Positions 15,001 through 32,154 of a DNA stretch of 64,000 nt are shown here, one piece after another. The position numbers and the translations under genes are program-made. The notes under the pieces were generated by a model that saw only the letters and a list, made by a program, of their open reading frames with translations, made no database searches and was not told the DNA's origin. This DNA comes from Botryllus schlosseri (taxonomy: Eukaryota). The stretch spans positions 29,016,001 to 29,080,000 of the forward strand of contig CM119376.1 of NCBI GenBank assembly GCA_051294905.1, written 5' to 3'. Numbering within the stretch: the stretch's first letter is position 1; each line of letters opens with the position of its first letter.

Positions 15001-18000
15001 GGTCTTGTCAAAACTAGATTATAATTAGAATTATAGCTAATCATTTTTCCAAATTAGCCAGAACGAGAATTATTGGTACACTTTTTTCAAATTAGATTAA
15101 TATCAAAACTATAAGTACACCGTTTTTTTTCGAATTAGATTATAATTGGAATTATAGCGTCACACGTTTTACAGAGTAGACTAGAATGAGAATTGTAGCT
15201 ACACATTTTCCAAATTTTGCTAGAACTAGAATCATAGCTACACAGCTTTTTCCGAATTAGATTAGAATGAGAATTACTGAATTTTCGAAAACTTGGAAAT
15301 TTAATCATGTTCAGTTCGTATCAAATCAGAGAGTTTATTCTCATAAACAAGAGAATGAAGCATGTATGTACAGCAAACTCGACCAGTTTCGCACTATACA
15401 GTGGTGCTATATTGTGATTAGACTTTAAATTAAAGCATAGAAACATTCTACAAATTAGATTAGAATTGGAATTTATAGCATAGAAATATTTCACAAATTA
15501 GAATATAATTAAATTAACGGCATTTCGTTCTAATTAGTGTCATCAGACAAGTTGAATTATCTTTTTTGTAGTATGATAACAACTATAGTATCCTTATACC
15601 GATCGTAACATAAAACTTGCCATTTCGCAGCTAATTCAAGAAATCGTGAAACCAACTTCGGCCAGGCAATCGTGATAGCACCGGTGCCGGAAACGGGGCC
15701 TGAATTCTCGCCTACTTCTGCTTTTCTGTACAATGTTACTCTGATACCGGCGTTGGAGGACCTAGTCGCCGCTGAGGTACGTCTGGACGGGTCTTGGGTC
15801 GAATCCGACACGGTTGTTATGGTCGGAATTTACAAGAAACGGACAGAGTGTGACGATGGCATCGATTGTGAAGTAAGTATTCCAATAAAACAGTATACTA
15901 GCACTCGTATATAAGTTTGCATCACGGCTTCCCGTGCATTCTAAGCACAGTCGGGCAAGTAGAAGAGCTTTGATTAGAATTAGAATTATTGCCGCACAAT
16001 GTTTTCCAAATTAGATTAGAATCGGAATTTCTGAATTCGCAAAACCTGCAAGTTGAATTAAATTAGAAAGAAATGCAAATAAAATCGGGTTCAGTACATA
16101 TCAAGTCAGATTTCATTCTGATAAGCATGCCAATGGTAAATGTCTGCACATCGAGCTTGGCTCGTTTTGCACGATACGGTACCCCTGTAGCATTTTCGGG
16201 AAAACCAAAAATTAAATTATAACTAAAAGGAGAGCGTAGAAACGTTTACAAATGTGATTAGAATTACATTACCGCCCTCATGCGACGCAAAGTCGCGATT
16301 CCGCCAAAATCAGTCGTTAAAACTGAACAATTCATATTTTCAGATCTTCACCAAGGTCGGGAAAACTTTAATCCTACGTCTCGTGTCCGACAAAACGTGG
16401 ACGGACAGAAAGCTCGCAAAGATAACGAAGCGAGCCCGTCGGAACGACCATGTTCTTATCGTGAAATTCGTAGCCGAGCCACAAGCTGGCGGCGATACGG
16501 CCTCGCAAAGAACGAGGCGCCATTTCGAGAAAGACTCCGATCTGCCCCAATCCTTTATACCCCGCGACGGGCCGGTGGCACGAAGTAAAAGGTCGCCGGG
16601 GAACGTGGATGGCGATTCGGAAAGTCTTTCACCGATGATACCGATTTTCATTGCGTACTGCAATGACCCGCGCGCGTCTTCTAATCCTGAGTCATTTCAC
16701 GCTGCTCCCGTGATATGGAAAGCACTGGAAAATGTCACTGCAACTAGTAGGGTAAGTGCGTAGGCTACTATTACAGTTCGAGACTTGTCAGAGACTTTGA
16801 CAAATAGATAATTGTATTAGTCACTGCTGGGCTGGTAAATGCTGGTAATGTAATTCGTGAAATGTTTCTATACTTTCATTTTGATTAAAATCTACTTTCT
16901 AGTTTTACCGAAAAGGCTACGCGAGATTATGTTGTATATGCAATGCATTTACCATTCTCGTGCGTGTGAGGATGAGCTATATGATTTGATAAGACCTGAA
17001 CTTAATTTTGGTTGTATGTCTTTCTAATTCGAAAATAATTTCAATTTTCCATGTTCTGTTAATTCAGTGATTCTAATTCCAATACAATTTTGTAAGAACT
17101 GTAATTATATAGTTTGAATTAGCCTATCTCCTAGTTGCTGGCGATTGCCCCTGAGGAGTGTCAGCCAAATATATTCGAGATTATTTGAATAGTGAATATA
17201 TTATTCAGTTGTATATTCAAGTTATGTAGCTGCGTCCAAGGGTATCTTCATATATTTTCTTTTGATTTAGGTACGCAGATCGGACGGTAGCAGTAGGGAG
17301 CTCCCTCCCGCAGACACCCCGTCCGAAAGAGACAGTTTAGCGACTAAACCAAAAGAAAAACGTACCACAGACGCGTCGTCGCGAAGCCCCGTGTTAGTCG
17401 TCGAGAAGAGAAAGAAAAGCTCCAAGCGAAAACGAAAGAAGAACAGAGAAAACACGCAACTATCCATAAACGGCACACAAATCGTGAACGAATCGCAGGC
17501 TCGCAAGTCGAAGAGGAACAGAAATCGCGGGAAGCGCGGTCGTCGTCGAAATAAAGCGCGGAAATACGAGACCATTGATATCGGCCTACATTCGTCTTTA
17601 TTGTCAGAAGAGAAAACTGAATCATGCGAAAGGCGATCTCTGACAGTCAGTTTCGCAGATATCGGCTGGTCGTCGGCGATTATAACTCCGAAGAACTTCG
17701 AAGCTTACTACTGTTCGGGGAGCTGCGATCTACCAGACCACGAGGGGGTGAGCAATCTTAGTCAGTCATTTTATTGAAATTTTCAGCAGAAACAACGCAA
17801 GATTGCGATGTAATAAAAAGATGGGAGGGGGTGTAGCAACGACTTGGAGTATTCTTTTTATCAGACACCGGAATATTCTCGGTTGACGCTTGTCAGGGGT
17901 TATCGTCAGCAAGTAGTAGAGAATTGAAAACAACATTATGTATCAACGATCAACAATGTTCTTTCCAATTCTGCTACTTGCTGACGATTACCTCTGACAA

Positions 18001-18349
18001 GTGTCAGCCGGAAATATTCGGGTTCGTATGAATGTGAATATATTATTCAACCGCACATTGAAGTACCTCCAAGAAGATCTTGAACTATAGTTATATAAAT
18101 TGGTGTTTGCTAATTGAGCACAATATCCGACAATAAAATACCGTTTTCTATCTACAGGAAACCAAAGCCACGAACCACGCTGTCATACAATCCGTCGTGC
18201 GGAACATCGGCGGTCGCAGGGACTTGCCTTCCCCGTGCTGCGTTCCCGACAAGCTCATGCCACTCAGCGTGCTATACTTCGATCAGGATAGTAACGTGGT
18301 ACTAAAAGTCTTTCCAAACATGTCAGTAGAGACGTGCGGCTGCCGGTGA
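12080..18349 (+). CDS. BMP3: BMP3/GDF10-like TGF-beta family ligand precursor, 5 exons, ~637 aa
   Basis: Exons 12080-12674, 15631-15872, 16344-16751, 17271-17747, 18158-18349 join in frame (phases 1,0,0,0) with GT-AG ends. Signal peptide ([24 protein letters not shown]); prodomain motifs [44 protein letters not shown]. Seven-Cys mature domain [34 protein letters not shown]...[13 protein letters not shown]...[38 protein letters not shown] matches BMP3/GDF10 hallmarks (FADIGW, AYYCSG, VLKVYPNMTVESCACR). The exon 2 acceptor could alternatively be 15678. Confidence 0.88.
14970..15545. repeat. ATTAGAATT-rich interspersed MITE-like family, representative copy
   Basis: Terminus cggcatttcgttctaattag and attagaattatagc subrepeats. 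Other copies at ~9520, 10435, 15965, 49935, 52445, 57905, 58400, 61540. Confidence 0.7.
17868..18022. repeat. Foldback repeat family (gacactcgtcaggggtaatcgtcagcaact..), representative hairpin copy
   Basis: At least 12 full or partial copies: ~5180, 11920, 12820, 14000, 17860, 48355, 51620-52075, 53640, 55575, 56535, 59975, 63520. This copy has ~70-bp inverted arms. Confidence 0.8.
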
Positions 18350-20247
18350 AAATCTTCTCTCGCAGCCATAAGGAGATGGTGCAGCACTGGCTTAGCCTCG
18401 AGACACCTCGCATCAACGGCATGGCAGTAGTACGCCAAGCTGGGAACAGAATCAGTGCGATCATATGATATTAAAATGGCATACTGTTCGAATACTATCA
18501 GAAGGTGACGCCTGCCTATACAGTCATGCTACAACGAAAAATGATTCCAACAAGTTTCTGCAATTCAAATGTTCCGTGATTTTTGACTTGAATACGAAAC
18601 GAATGTCGGTCTACAGCAGACAGAGGTGGTCAGTCACGAACTACATCTAGTTTTCGTGGTACAGTATTTGCATTATACTCACTCAATTTGTAACCTTTTT
18701 AGACTATTCAACAGTTTCTTGGCAAAATTAGGCCTACTCGCTCTTTACGATTTTGTTAAGTATAAAAAGATGTTTGTGGAGAAGTTTGCATCACTGTTAT
18801 AACTGAAATTGTCATAAAACTGCGTGAAACAACCCCCCCCCCTATCATAGGGTTACCATATGACCTCTTTTTTCACTAAATTGAAAGTGTCCTCGGAGGA
18901 CGTTTAAATGTCCTCTTTTTTTGGGAATTTGTCTTCTTAAAATGCGCTCAAAACTGGACTTCGATGCAGCGAGCGCCTGAGTTGGCATTCTTGGCAAGGC
19001 AATCAACGGAAAATACGGCGCGACGGGTATTTTGGGAGCAGAGATGGAAAAGAAGACCTCTTTTTAGTCAACACGGTACCATTAGTCGTAACTTTCTCAA
19101 AATCACCAGTTTTCTTTTCCGGTACTGGAGCTTTCAGGATTTTTGAAAAGTGACCTCCTTTTCGGATCTAAAAGTACGGTAATGAATAAATTTTCGAAGA
19201 TTCTACCTATTTGTAGTGTAATTGCTCAGTTTTCGTTAGTCGCGAAAATATATCTTGCAATTCCAAAAGTATCCTTTTCCAATTGACTACTTCGCGAAAC
19301 TAATACTTGAGAACCTTTCATTGGTACTTTTACTTGAAGTGGTTTTGGCATGTCCTGGAAATGGTTACGTCTACTTGATGAGCAATGCTTAGTACTTTGA
19401 CCACCTCTGAATACCGTCTTCTGCGCATCAACGATCGAATAAATAAATTACCGGCTGATTTTCAAGTTGTTTCAGACGTATACATCACCTCGGTCAACAT
19501 TTTATATTATTCGTTTTCTTTTACATATATTTTCTGTACTGTTTTATTTTGCTTATCTTGAATAAATTCCTCGAATCTTCTATTCGTAATAAGTGTCCCA
19601 GAACTGGCGAGAGTTGAACTGTGCACTGTGTCCTTAAGTAATTTAGCGGAAGTACAATTTCCTGAATGGGCCGATATGATTTCAATGTGCAGCCCAACAC
19701 GGAGTTGAAAATTCCACGGTCATAGCCATCTCTATTAACGGCTAACTAACAATTATTTCTTACGGCATATGGTAAGATGTTGCAAGGATTATGGCGTGAT
19801 CTGAATAAGGAATCGAGCGATATATCATACAGTACAAATGTAGGATTTGTGAGCCTCATTTCTCAATAATTACAGAATAATCATGAAGCACAGTATAGTC
19901 GCTTATAGTTGGATATTCGTCGTTATGCTAGTATATGGTTGAGAAAACTAGTCGTGAAGCAGACGACAAAGCACCACACAGCTTGGATTGAAACATTTTT
20001 GAATCGTGCATGTCGAGAAGCGACACATAATCGCGCTATTACTACCTATTGGTCAAACCGATGTTTGCTATTTGGTTTTGCTTACAAGGTAAACTCTGAT
20101 TGAACATTGCTGCTAGGCGATGATTAATGAGTATGCAAACTGCAGAAATTTCCCTTCTCAACCGATTACCAATTTGAAAATTTTATACTTTTAAAGTGAA
20201 ATATCAATCATTTCATTAGGTCACAGGTTGCTGATATTAGTCATAAA

Positions 20248-21593
20248 CAGGGCCGTAACTGCCGCACCCCAAACCCCCCGATTGGAGGGGGCCCGAGCTC
20301 GTAGGGGGCCCAAAATTATTTCATGAATTAGCATAAATTATAGAATATTTTTTGAAATTTTATGCAACTTTATTAAAAAATTTTCGCGCTGCGCGCGGTT
20401 TCAAGTTGCCAAGTATCTTGATTATTGGGTACTCTTCCCCCAAGAAAAAATACGCAAGATTTATAGAAATGGGCATATCGGCGTTGGCCATTACCTCGCC
20501 ACGACGCACCAATACGTATAAAGTTTTAGGCCATGTAACATGCGACTGCAAGAAGTGTGCCAGAACGATCGGCAGCGAGAAAACCTTGGCCGAAAAGGAC
20601 TGCCCTTATGCTGACCGAAAACTTAGTTATATATACAAAATTCATGTAGGTTTAATAGTTCATAGGCGCCTAAATGACTGGCGCCTAAATGTTCCTGTCT
20701 TGGCAATCTGAACCTCACAAGACTAATACCACCCCACAGGGAAAAATTATATGTCAGTGAAGAAATACCAATTTGAAATCGTGCGATCTTTTATTTTAGT
20801 ACGTTTGGGCGATTCTATATTTTTGATATAGCAGACAGGAGGTCACGAAATATAATCATTCAACGAAGTCATACCAACGGGTCCACCCGCCCGAAGATGT
20901 TTAATTATTATTTACGGACTCTACATTTTCCAAGACAACACGTATTTCAGCGCTACCGGTTAATCTGATTACGTGAGCATAGAGGACAAGAAATTGATAG
21001 CAATATATATGCAATTCCCGATATTACTGACCGATTTTATCATGAATTATCGAACATTTTTACGCTTCGCGCTGGCTTACTAAGCAGTACATCTATAATT
21101 TCGTGGCAAAAGTGAACAACGTGATGGCGGGTCGGTTTATCACCCTATGGGAAGTGGGAACCCAAGACTCCAGTTTTTTTGGGGCCTGACGAAGTGCTGT
21201 TTCGTTCCTGCCAATGGGTATACAATACACCCGGAGATGTTTAATTATTATTGAGGGGTCTTACCCTTTCAAACACACCTCACTCAGCTCTACCGGTAAA
21301 TCTTATTACGTAAGCAGAGAAAGGATAAAAATTGATAGCAATACATATGCAATTCCCGATCATATATTGCCCGATTCAGTCATGAATTATAGAAATTTCT
21401 CGCGCCTCGCTCGTTTTGGTGATAAAAGCTGACTCACTAAACGGACACCCAATATGATAAGCAGCGGTAAACAGCGTTTAGCCTGTGGGGGGTCTGGGGG
21501 GCGAAGCCCCCCAGAAGTTGAGTTTATCACCCTATGAGGAGGCCCATGACCAACGTTTTGGGGGGGGCCTGACGAAGTGCTGTTACGGCCCTG
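20248..21593. mobile_element. Non-autonomous hAT element D with duplicated right end
   Basis: TIRs CAGGGCCGTAAC / GTTACGGCCCTG; perfect TSD GTCATAAA. Confidence 0.9.
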
Positions 21594-21869
21594 GTCATAA
21601 ATACAAGCTAGCTGCTGTTATGTGACGGCACGGCACATTATCCGTGTTACGTAGATTACTGGTAGAGGTAAGACCGTGGCTCTCAACCGGAGTGCTCAAG
21701 GGCACCGCGAGATCATGAGGTATTGCATGGAAAACATCGAAAAGCCTACGCAACTGGTCGTTTCGGCATCTGTCCATTGCCTCGCATTGTGTCTTGTGTT
21801 GTATCGCATTGTACGTTATGTGTCTTGAGCGGATGAAAACATAGGCCATAATCTCACGATTATTATAGC

Positions 21870-22260
21870 TTGAGATCGTCAGGTACGAATTTTATGCATT
21901 TAAAATCCAGTGATGTTGCGATTCGTGATCGTAAAGATAAAAGACTGACCGCTGGCGCAACTATAGCGCTGTTACGACGTAAAATTCGCAGAGCCCACCG
22001 AATTATTGGTGTCAATATTTGGAATAAGTTGTCACCTGATAATCTCCGTCCAAATCTCCGTCATTTAGACTCTTTTGAGTTCAAAAACAATGTTTTGAGT
22101 CCCTGGTCTCTAACTACCACTAAATTGTATATGCAACGGTCCTATTTAAATTCTAATTGTTCCATGATGCTGTGTATTGTTGTTCTTTTTGTTTATATTT
22201 TTTCATTTGTTTTTATAAGTTACTATGATAATTGCTCTTGTACTGGGTGGTTCGGCTTTG
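21870..22260 (+). mobile_element. 3' remnant of a CR1/L2-like LINE ORF2 plus tail
   Basis: GVNIWNKLSPDNLRPNLRHLDSFEFKNNVL resembles the WN.LP...R...S...FK..L C-terminal motif of CR1/L2-clade ORF2; a T-rich 3' UTR follows. Confidence 0.5.
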
Positions 22261-23759
22261 AAGACTTTGTCTACCTTGCATGTCGCATTTCACCGTGTTG
22301 TATTCTTGTTGTGCGTGACGTTTAGGGTTGCATTTAAAACAGTGGTTCTCAACCTTATTTTAGACACGACCCCCATATGATAGTGAAAAATTTCGCGCCC
22401 CCCCTTATCGTCATATCACAAAATCCAACCGGGATGGTAGCAACCCCAACATATAGTTTGATGGCATGGAAGGTTATGACTGTTGACGAGAGAATTAAAA
22501 AATACGAAATTCGGTCTATCTATAGAGCAGGGGTTCTCAACTTCCCTTGTACAACGGACCGCATTTTTACAAATAAAGACGCTGCAGAATATTATTATCA
22601 TGTATTTGTGGGCTACTATTCAATTTAGGCTACTATAGCCTATTTACCAGTCGTATACTGGCATTTAGTACATTTTCATGCATTCTAGAGCATTAATGGA
22701 TAGCGTTCGTAAGTTTACAGTGGCTGTTTTTTGTTGTGAGAATATGTATCTTCCAGCGGCGCAAGTAAATCCCCATATGGAGCCTGCATTGTATTCGTTT
22801 CCAAGTAGGTATATGCACCACAAACCCTTCCAACAGAGAACTGAACTCCCTGTTTCAATGCGTGAGTGAGAAAGTATGAAATTACGGTTACTCTTTCGTT
22901 ACAGAGGCCATTATCATGACTTTCAGCGATATGAGAAGAAGTCTGGTGGGGCTTTCCTTCCATGGCTGATGGGGCCCTGCACCAACAGTTACAGGAGTCA
23001 GCTTTGTAAATTTGTTGTTTTTCGCATTTCCTCTGCAAATATGTCTACTCTGATAAAATGCACCCAGATAATTAGCTATGCCATGTCTGTGGAGTCGGTG
23101 GATTCGTCCAATGCTAGGCTAAAGTAGTCTACGCGGCAACGTGGTTCAGAAAATGCGATAAAATATCGACTAGCATCGCTGTTACTCTTCTGGTCACGGT
23201 TGAATCAGACAACTGTAGCTTCGAAATTTGTCAGGTCATGTTGTCCTCGCTGCTAAGTTCTGGAAACAGCGAATATTCGCACAGTATGTTGAAGTCTTCT
23301 TGAAATTACACCTTCTCTAGCAGATTTCTTGGGTTTAGCGATATTCTAAGCAATTTTGAACGATGCGTCTGTAACGTCACTGCCAATTGTAAAAATGCCC
23401 GAAATATGGATTGCTGGACTTGCCACCAAGCTAGCATCGGTTTTTCTAAGATCAGGCGATATGTGAAACTCTAGAAGAAACAGGCGTGGTATCATTTTAA
23501 GCTTCGACGCTTCGTTACAACTGTTCTTTGACAAATCGGTTTTCCATTTATGTCTGGGAAAGCAAATTCATTGCTCGAGGCAGAGTTACAAACCCAGCTT
23601 TCGACGTTCTCGTTCCTAGTACTTGTTTCTGCTCAAACCATTCACGGTGTGTGAAACACTTTTTAAAAATGTTCTACGCAGCGGGATTCTCTTGAAGCAG
23701 AGTGCAGCCGAATACCGCTTCAAAACAATAACAATCTGAACTCCAGCATAGGCCTATAT

Positions 23760-24129
23760 TAGGCTTACCATATTTTGAAAAAGTAAAAAGAGGACACTTT
23801 TTCAGAAATTTGCAAGATGCAAAACCGGAGCAGAATTCTCAAAATTTTCCCACTTTGTGATCGGTTGACTAAAAAAAAAAAAAAAAAAAAAGGTCATCTT
23901 TTCGCTCAGAGCTAAATTCACCGTTTTTCACTCCGAAATATCCGCCGGAGCGTCACTTATGTGCTGATTTGCGGCATATCACTCGCAATTTGCTCTAAAT
24001 CTGACCTAAATTTTCAAAAGAGAGGACAAAATCTCAAAAAAGAGGACAAAAGGGCGTCCTCCGAGGACACTTTCAAAAAAGTCAAAAAAGAGGACAAATC
24101 CTCTTAAAAGAGGACATATGGTAAGCCTA
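23760..24129. mobile_element. hAT MITE family E; relatives at ~5435-5844 and 18848-19182
   Basis: TIRs TAGGCTTACCAT / ATGGTAAGCCTA. TSD GCCTATAT is recovered once the adjacent family C insertion is removed. AAGAGGAC subterminal repeats. Confidence 0.8.
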
Positions 24130-24132
24130 GCC

Positions 24133-25326
24133 CAGGGGTTCTCAAAGGGTGGGCCACAGAGCATTTTGAGGTGGGCCACAGAGCTATTTACAAAATTTTA
24201 GAATTAATGTAAGTTTAGTTATATTTTTCATGTTAAACGCTAGAAATATATTCATAAACTTTTCATCCGACTCGTATGGAGTCAGCATGTATACTAGTCG
24301 AAAACGGAAGGGACAAACGGCGGCTTTTTCCACTGGCTATGACAGCCTACGGCTAACAGCAACTAAAGTAATTTCGAGTATATGATAACTGGAAGGTAAT
24401 GCTGGAGTAACCAAGTATTCCGGTGGGTCATATGTCGTATTCCGTTGAACGGGTGTGCAATAAACTCGGAATGAAGTGTCATTGATGTATAGACTTACTG
24501 TACTTCGGCAGGGCAGGTCGTATTATTGTAAGAGAAAAATAGCCATAATTGAAAATTATTAGCAACTTCTGATGACGGTATGCTGCACCACTGCAACGAA
24601 TCATAATGGATTGAGGATTTAGCGGGGCGCACTAATCTTTGAAGTGGGTTTGAAATGTCCGGTCTGAAAATCATTGAACAGAATGTAAGAGTCACATGAA
24701 CTGGTTGTATCATTAGATTGAATATTCTGACATCGCAACTTCAGTTGGTTTGGTACAAGGCATACATTGTACAGCTTGCATATTAAAAACTCTTCCTCCA
24801 CTTCTCTTTAGTACTAGCACCCCATTTATTAATGAATTGTTTGAAGCTGGTCCAAAATGATTATATTATTCCCCACAATAGTGGAACTAAAACCCCTATC
24901 ACACAGTGGATGCGGGGATTTGATCATTGTGTTTCGCAACGCGAATGGAGCAGTGGACGATCATAATATACACAGGAGTTTTAGCCTATGATTTACCTGG
25001 GCCGTAACTGCCACACCCAAACCCTCAATTGGGGGAGCTTGAAGGGGCCCAAGATTATTTCGTTGGTCGTTTGTTCGAGGATATTTATTCAACTCCAAAA
25101 TTTTCGTCGCGCTCCGCGCGATTTCATGTCGCGAGAGGTATAGCTTGATTTAAATATCATCAGTCCATTAAGAGAAAAATGAGCATATTTTAGATAAGTA
25201 GGCATATCAACGCCGTCGATTACCACGCATTGAACGGGATTATGACTCTAAGATAAGAGGTGGGCCACAGCACATTTTCAAACCGGAAAATATGGGCCAC
25301 GGCCAAGAAAGGGCTGAGAACCCCTG
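24133..25326. mobile_element. Non-autonomous hAT element, family C copy 1
   Basis: TIRs CAGGGGTTCTCA / TGAGAACCCCTG; perfect TSD GCCTAGCC. Confidence 0.9.
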
Positions 25327-26586
25327 GCCTAGCCTATATCAAAAAACCAGAACACATCGAAGAATGAGTAATCAAACGAAACAGAGACAGTGCGATAAGA
25401 AAGCTAAGTAGCTAAATTAATATGTAACAATTCTGTGCCAGTAGTAATTGCTTCCGTAATGAAAGATGTCGCAGGCCGCAAAATAAACGTCTACGGGCCG
25501 CGGGTTGAGAACCCCTGCTATAGAGGAACACGCGTGAATTGGAGGTAAATCGCGCAAAGCACGAAATTTTTTTTTCAGTTGACCGCTTCTTCGCGGCCCC
25601 TTCAGATGCTTTCACGCCCCCAGGTTGGGAACCACTGATTTAAAATAGACTGGTTGTTTAAATCGAGTAATTACGAGAACAAAGCCAAAAGATGTCGGTG
25701 ATGTTAGCAAGGTACAATCATTTGTTTTAAATGCAACCCTACTGACAACGCTCTTCAGCGACCAAGGAATCGATATTGGGGCCGGCGAGACACGTTGCTA
25801 GATGAAAGACCATCTCCTCCTAAAGCTTGACCATGTGGGAAGCCCAAAGTTGTTTTCAAAGCGTCTTGGTCTTGGCAGTGTCTGGACCATTGAACGTCAA
25901 GGCAATATGCATGGCCTGTCCATTCATATTAGCTGATTCTCCTTAGATGGCATGCTGTCGCCATCGCTGTTTCAGCTAGTGAGGAATAATGATGTTGGGT
26001 ATCAGCGAGTAGCTTATTTTGAAAAAGAACTAAATTTCAGTAAGTCTGAATGCTTTAGTTAGCCTTATTCGAAACCTTAATTCAGATAGCGGGCCGCAAA
26101 TAACCCCGCGTGTTGGTGGCCCCTGATGTAGGATATGTTGTTGACACGAAGTTAACCGACCATTTCTTACAAATACATCCTTTACAGAAATCCCGCATTG
26201 GACACACCCACACACCGCCGCAAATTACGAATATTTACAGATTTACTTGAGCGAATTGCAAAGGACAGTCAGCAGACAACGACTCCACCACAAACTAGAA
26301 ATATCCAGTGTAATTCTGCGTCTAGAACAGCGCGAGCGAGCCCGCGCTTTTTAAAATGCGAGCGAAACGAATGGTAAACCAACAGAACCGCGCGGGTGCA
26401 ATCGCATCAGAAACACTCCTTTCGAAAAAAGTTCACATTTCTGCCAGGGGCGCTCCAACGCCAAAGAGTACAGAGAATCGCGACGTCAACTTCTGTCCGA
26501 CGGAACTGGGGACCCGGACACAGACCTGGAACAAAACCACGAGGGTTATTGCATTGCGAATACAGACCGAAGGGGACAGGGGGCAG

Positions 26587-31176
<4,590 letters not shown>

Positions 31177-31544
31177 CTTCAATCTGAACCGTCACAACGC
31201 AAATGAAATACTGGAACAATTCAATGCAATGGCGACTTCTATACAGCAAAACCGCGACCTCCGCTTTCGACCGAACGTTTTTCTCAAATAATCCAGACCA
31301 CGCCACTGTAAATTTCTAATCGGAAATAACGTTAGTTACGCGGGTACGCGCACTGTGTGGCGGTAAACTGTAATATCTCAAAAATTTGGCGGCATTTATG
31401 TGTTATTATAACCGTTTTGATGTAGCTTTTTGGTTACATCAATACCTTGTCATGGCATTTTTTATGCTTCCGTTTTTCGAAATTGAATAACCAACCACTT
31501 CCCTTTCTGCGCTGACGTAGCCTACCATTGTCGCTTCCCATGAC

Positions 31545-31980
31545 ATGCCGCCCTATTTATTGTCGCTTTCTTTTTCTATACTATCTTCTTTACTTTCATT
31601 CAGTGTGCATGCCTCCTCTTTACATCGCCTAGGGAGGCCAAGGTGGGTGTCAGATTCCATAGACTGCTCCTTGTCGCCTCGACACCTTCCTGTCTTTTCA
31701 TTGTATCGCATTTTTTTGTGGTGTATTGAACTGATAAAATTGCTAATAAACCAATGATGATGATGATGATACTCTGTTGTTTCGAAAGCGAAGTTCTCGC
31801 TGACTACATTTCAATCAACCAATCAGGTTTATTAATATTTTCATCGTTTCAAAACATCACAAGACTGCGATATGAAAAGATTGGAAGGTGTCGAGACAAC
31901 TTGGAGTAGCCTTTAAGATCAGACACCCACCTTAGCCTAGGCGAAGTAAATAAGAGGCATGCAGTATGCACTGCACACTG
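31545..31980. repeat. Two inverted copies of a retroposon 3' tail; third copy at ~1480-1640 (-)
   Basis: Shared core ctagg..aaggtgggtgtc..; the + copy ends in aataaacc(gat)n; the - copy spans 31870-31980. Confidence 0.65.
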
Positions 31981-32154
31981 GATGAAAAGTGATGCTGAGA
32001 ATATAATTTGTCGTGCATTAGTGCGTTTTGAATTATGGTTAGGCAATGTCGTGCCGAATCTCCGCACCTGCGACCAAGTAATTGGTACTAGAGGCTGGAA
32101 ATATCATCACATTGCGATTGAGCGGGGTTTATCATGACCATTGACCATACAAGC

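Larger units (their letters stand above)
22528..25517 (-). mobile_element. hAT Buster/Charlie deletion derivative G with transposase remnant, nested in F
   Basis: TIRs CAGGGGTTCTCAAC / GTTGAGAACCCCTG; perfect TSD CTATAGAG. Minus-strand remnant at ~23040-23560 reads LSDSTVTRRV and YFSLALDESTDSTDMA*LIIWVHF, the Buster/ZBED5/GTF2IRD2-type first-D motif. Confidence 0.88.
22340..25637. mobile_element. hAT (Charlie-type) element F
   Basis: TIRs CAGTGGTT(T/C)CAACCT; perfect TSD ATTTAAAA. Confidence 0.88.
22323..25741. mobile_element. Small MITE H (~120 bp net), outermost layer of the nest
   Basis: Perfect 17-bp inverted termini TAGGGTTGCATTTAAAA / TTTTAAATGCAACCCTA. F's target site lies inside its left TIR. 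The 8-bp flanks match poorly. Confidence 0.65.

Noticed and set aside
12235-17625. Minus-strand ORFs 12235-12576, 16340-16663, 17267-17575, 17344-17625
   Set aside because: Antisense shadows of BMP3 exons.
17600-18349. Calling the ligand ADMP or BMP2/4
   Set aside because: FADIGW, AYYCSG, SVVRNIG and [16 protein letters not shown] fit BMP3/GDF10 better than ADMP (LKQYDDM) or BMP2/4 (LKNYQDM). A phylogeny would settle it.
25760-26000. RTE-like LINE fragment
   Set aside because: Only faint RW..H and PRPRR resemblance, interrupted by stops; too weak to call.
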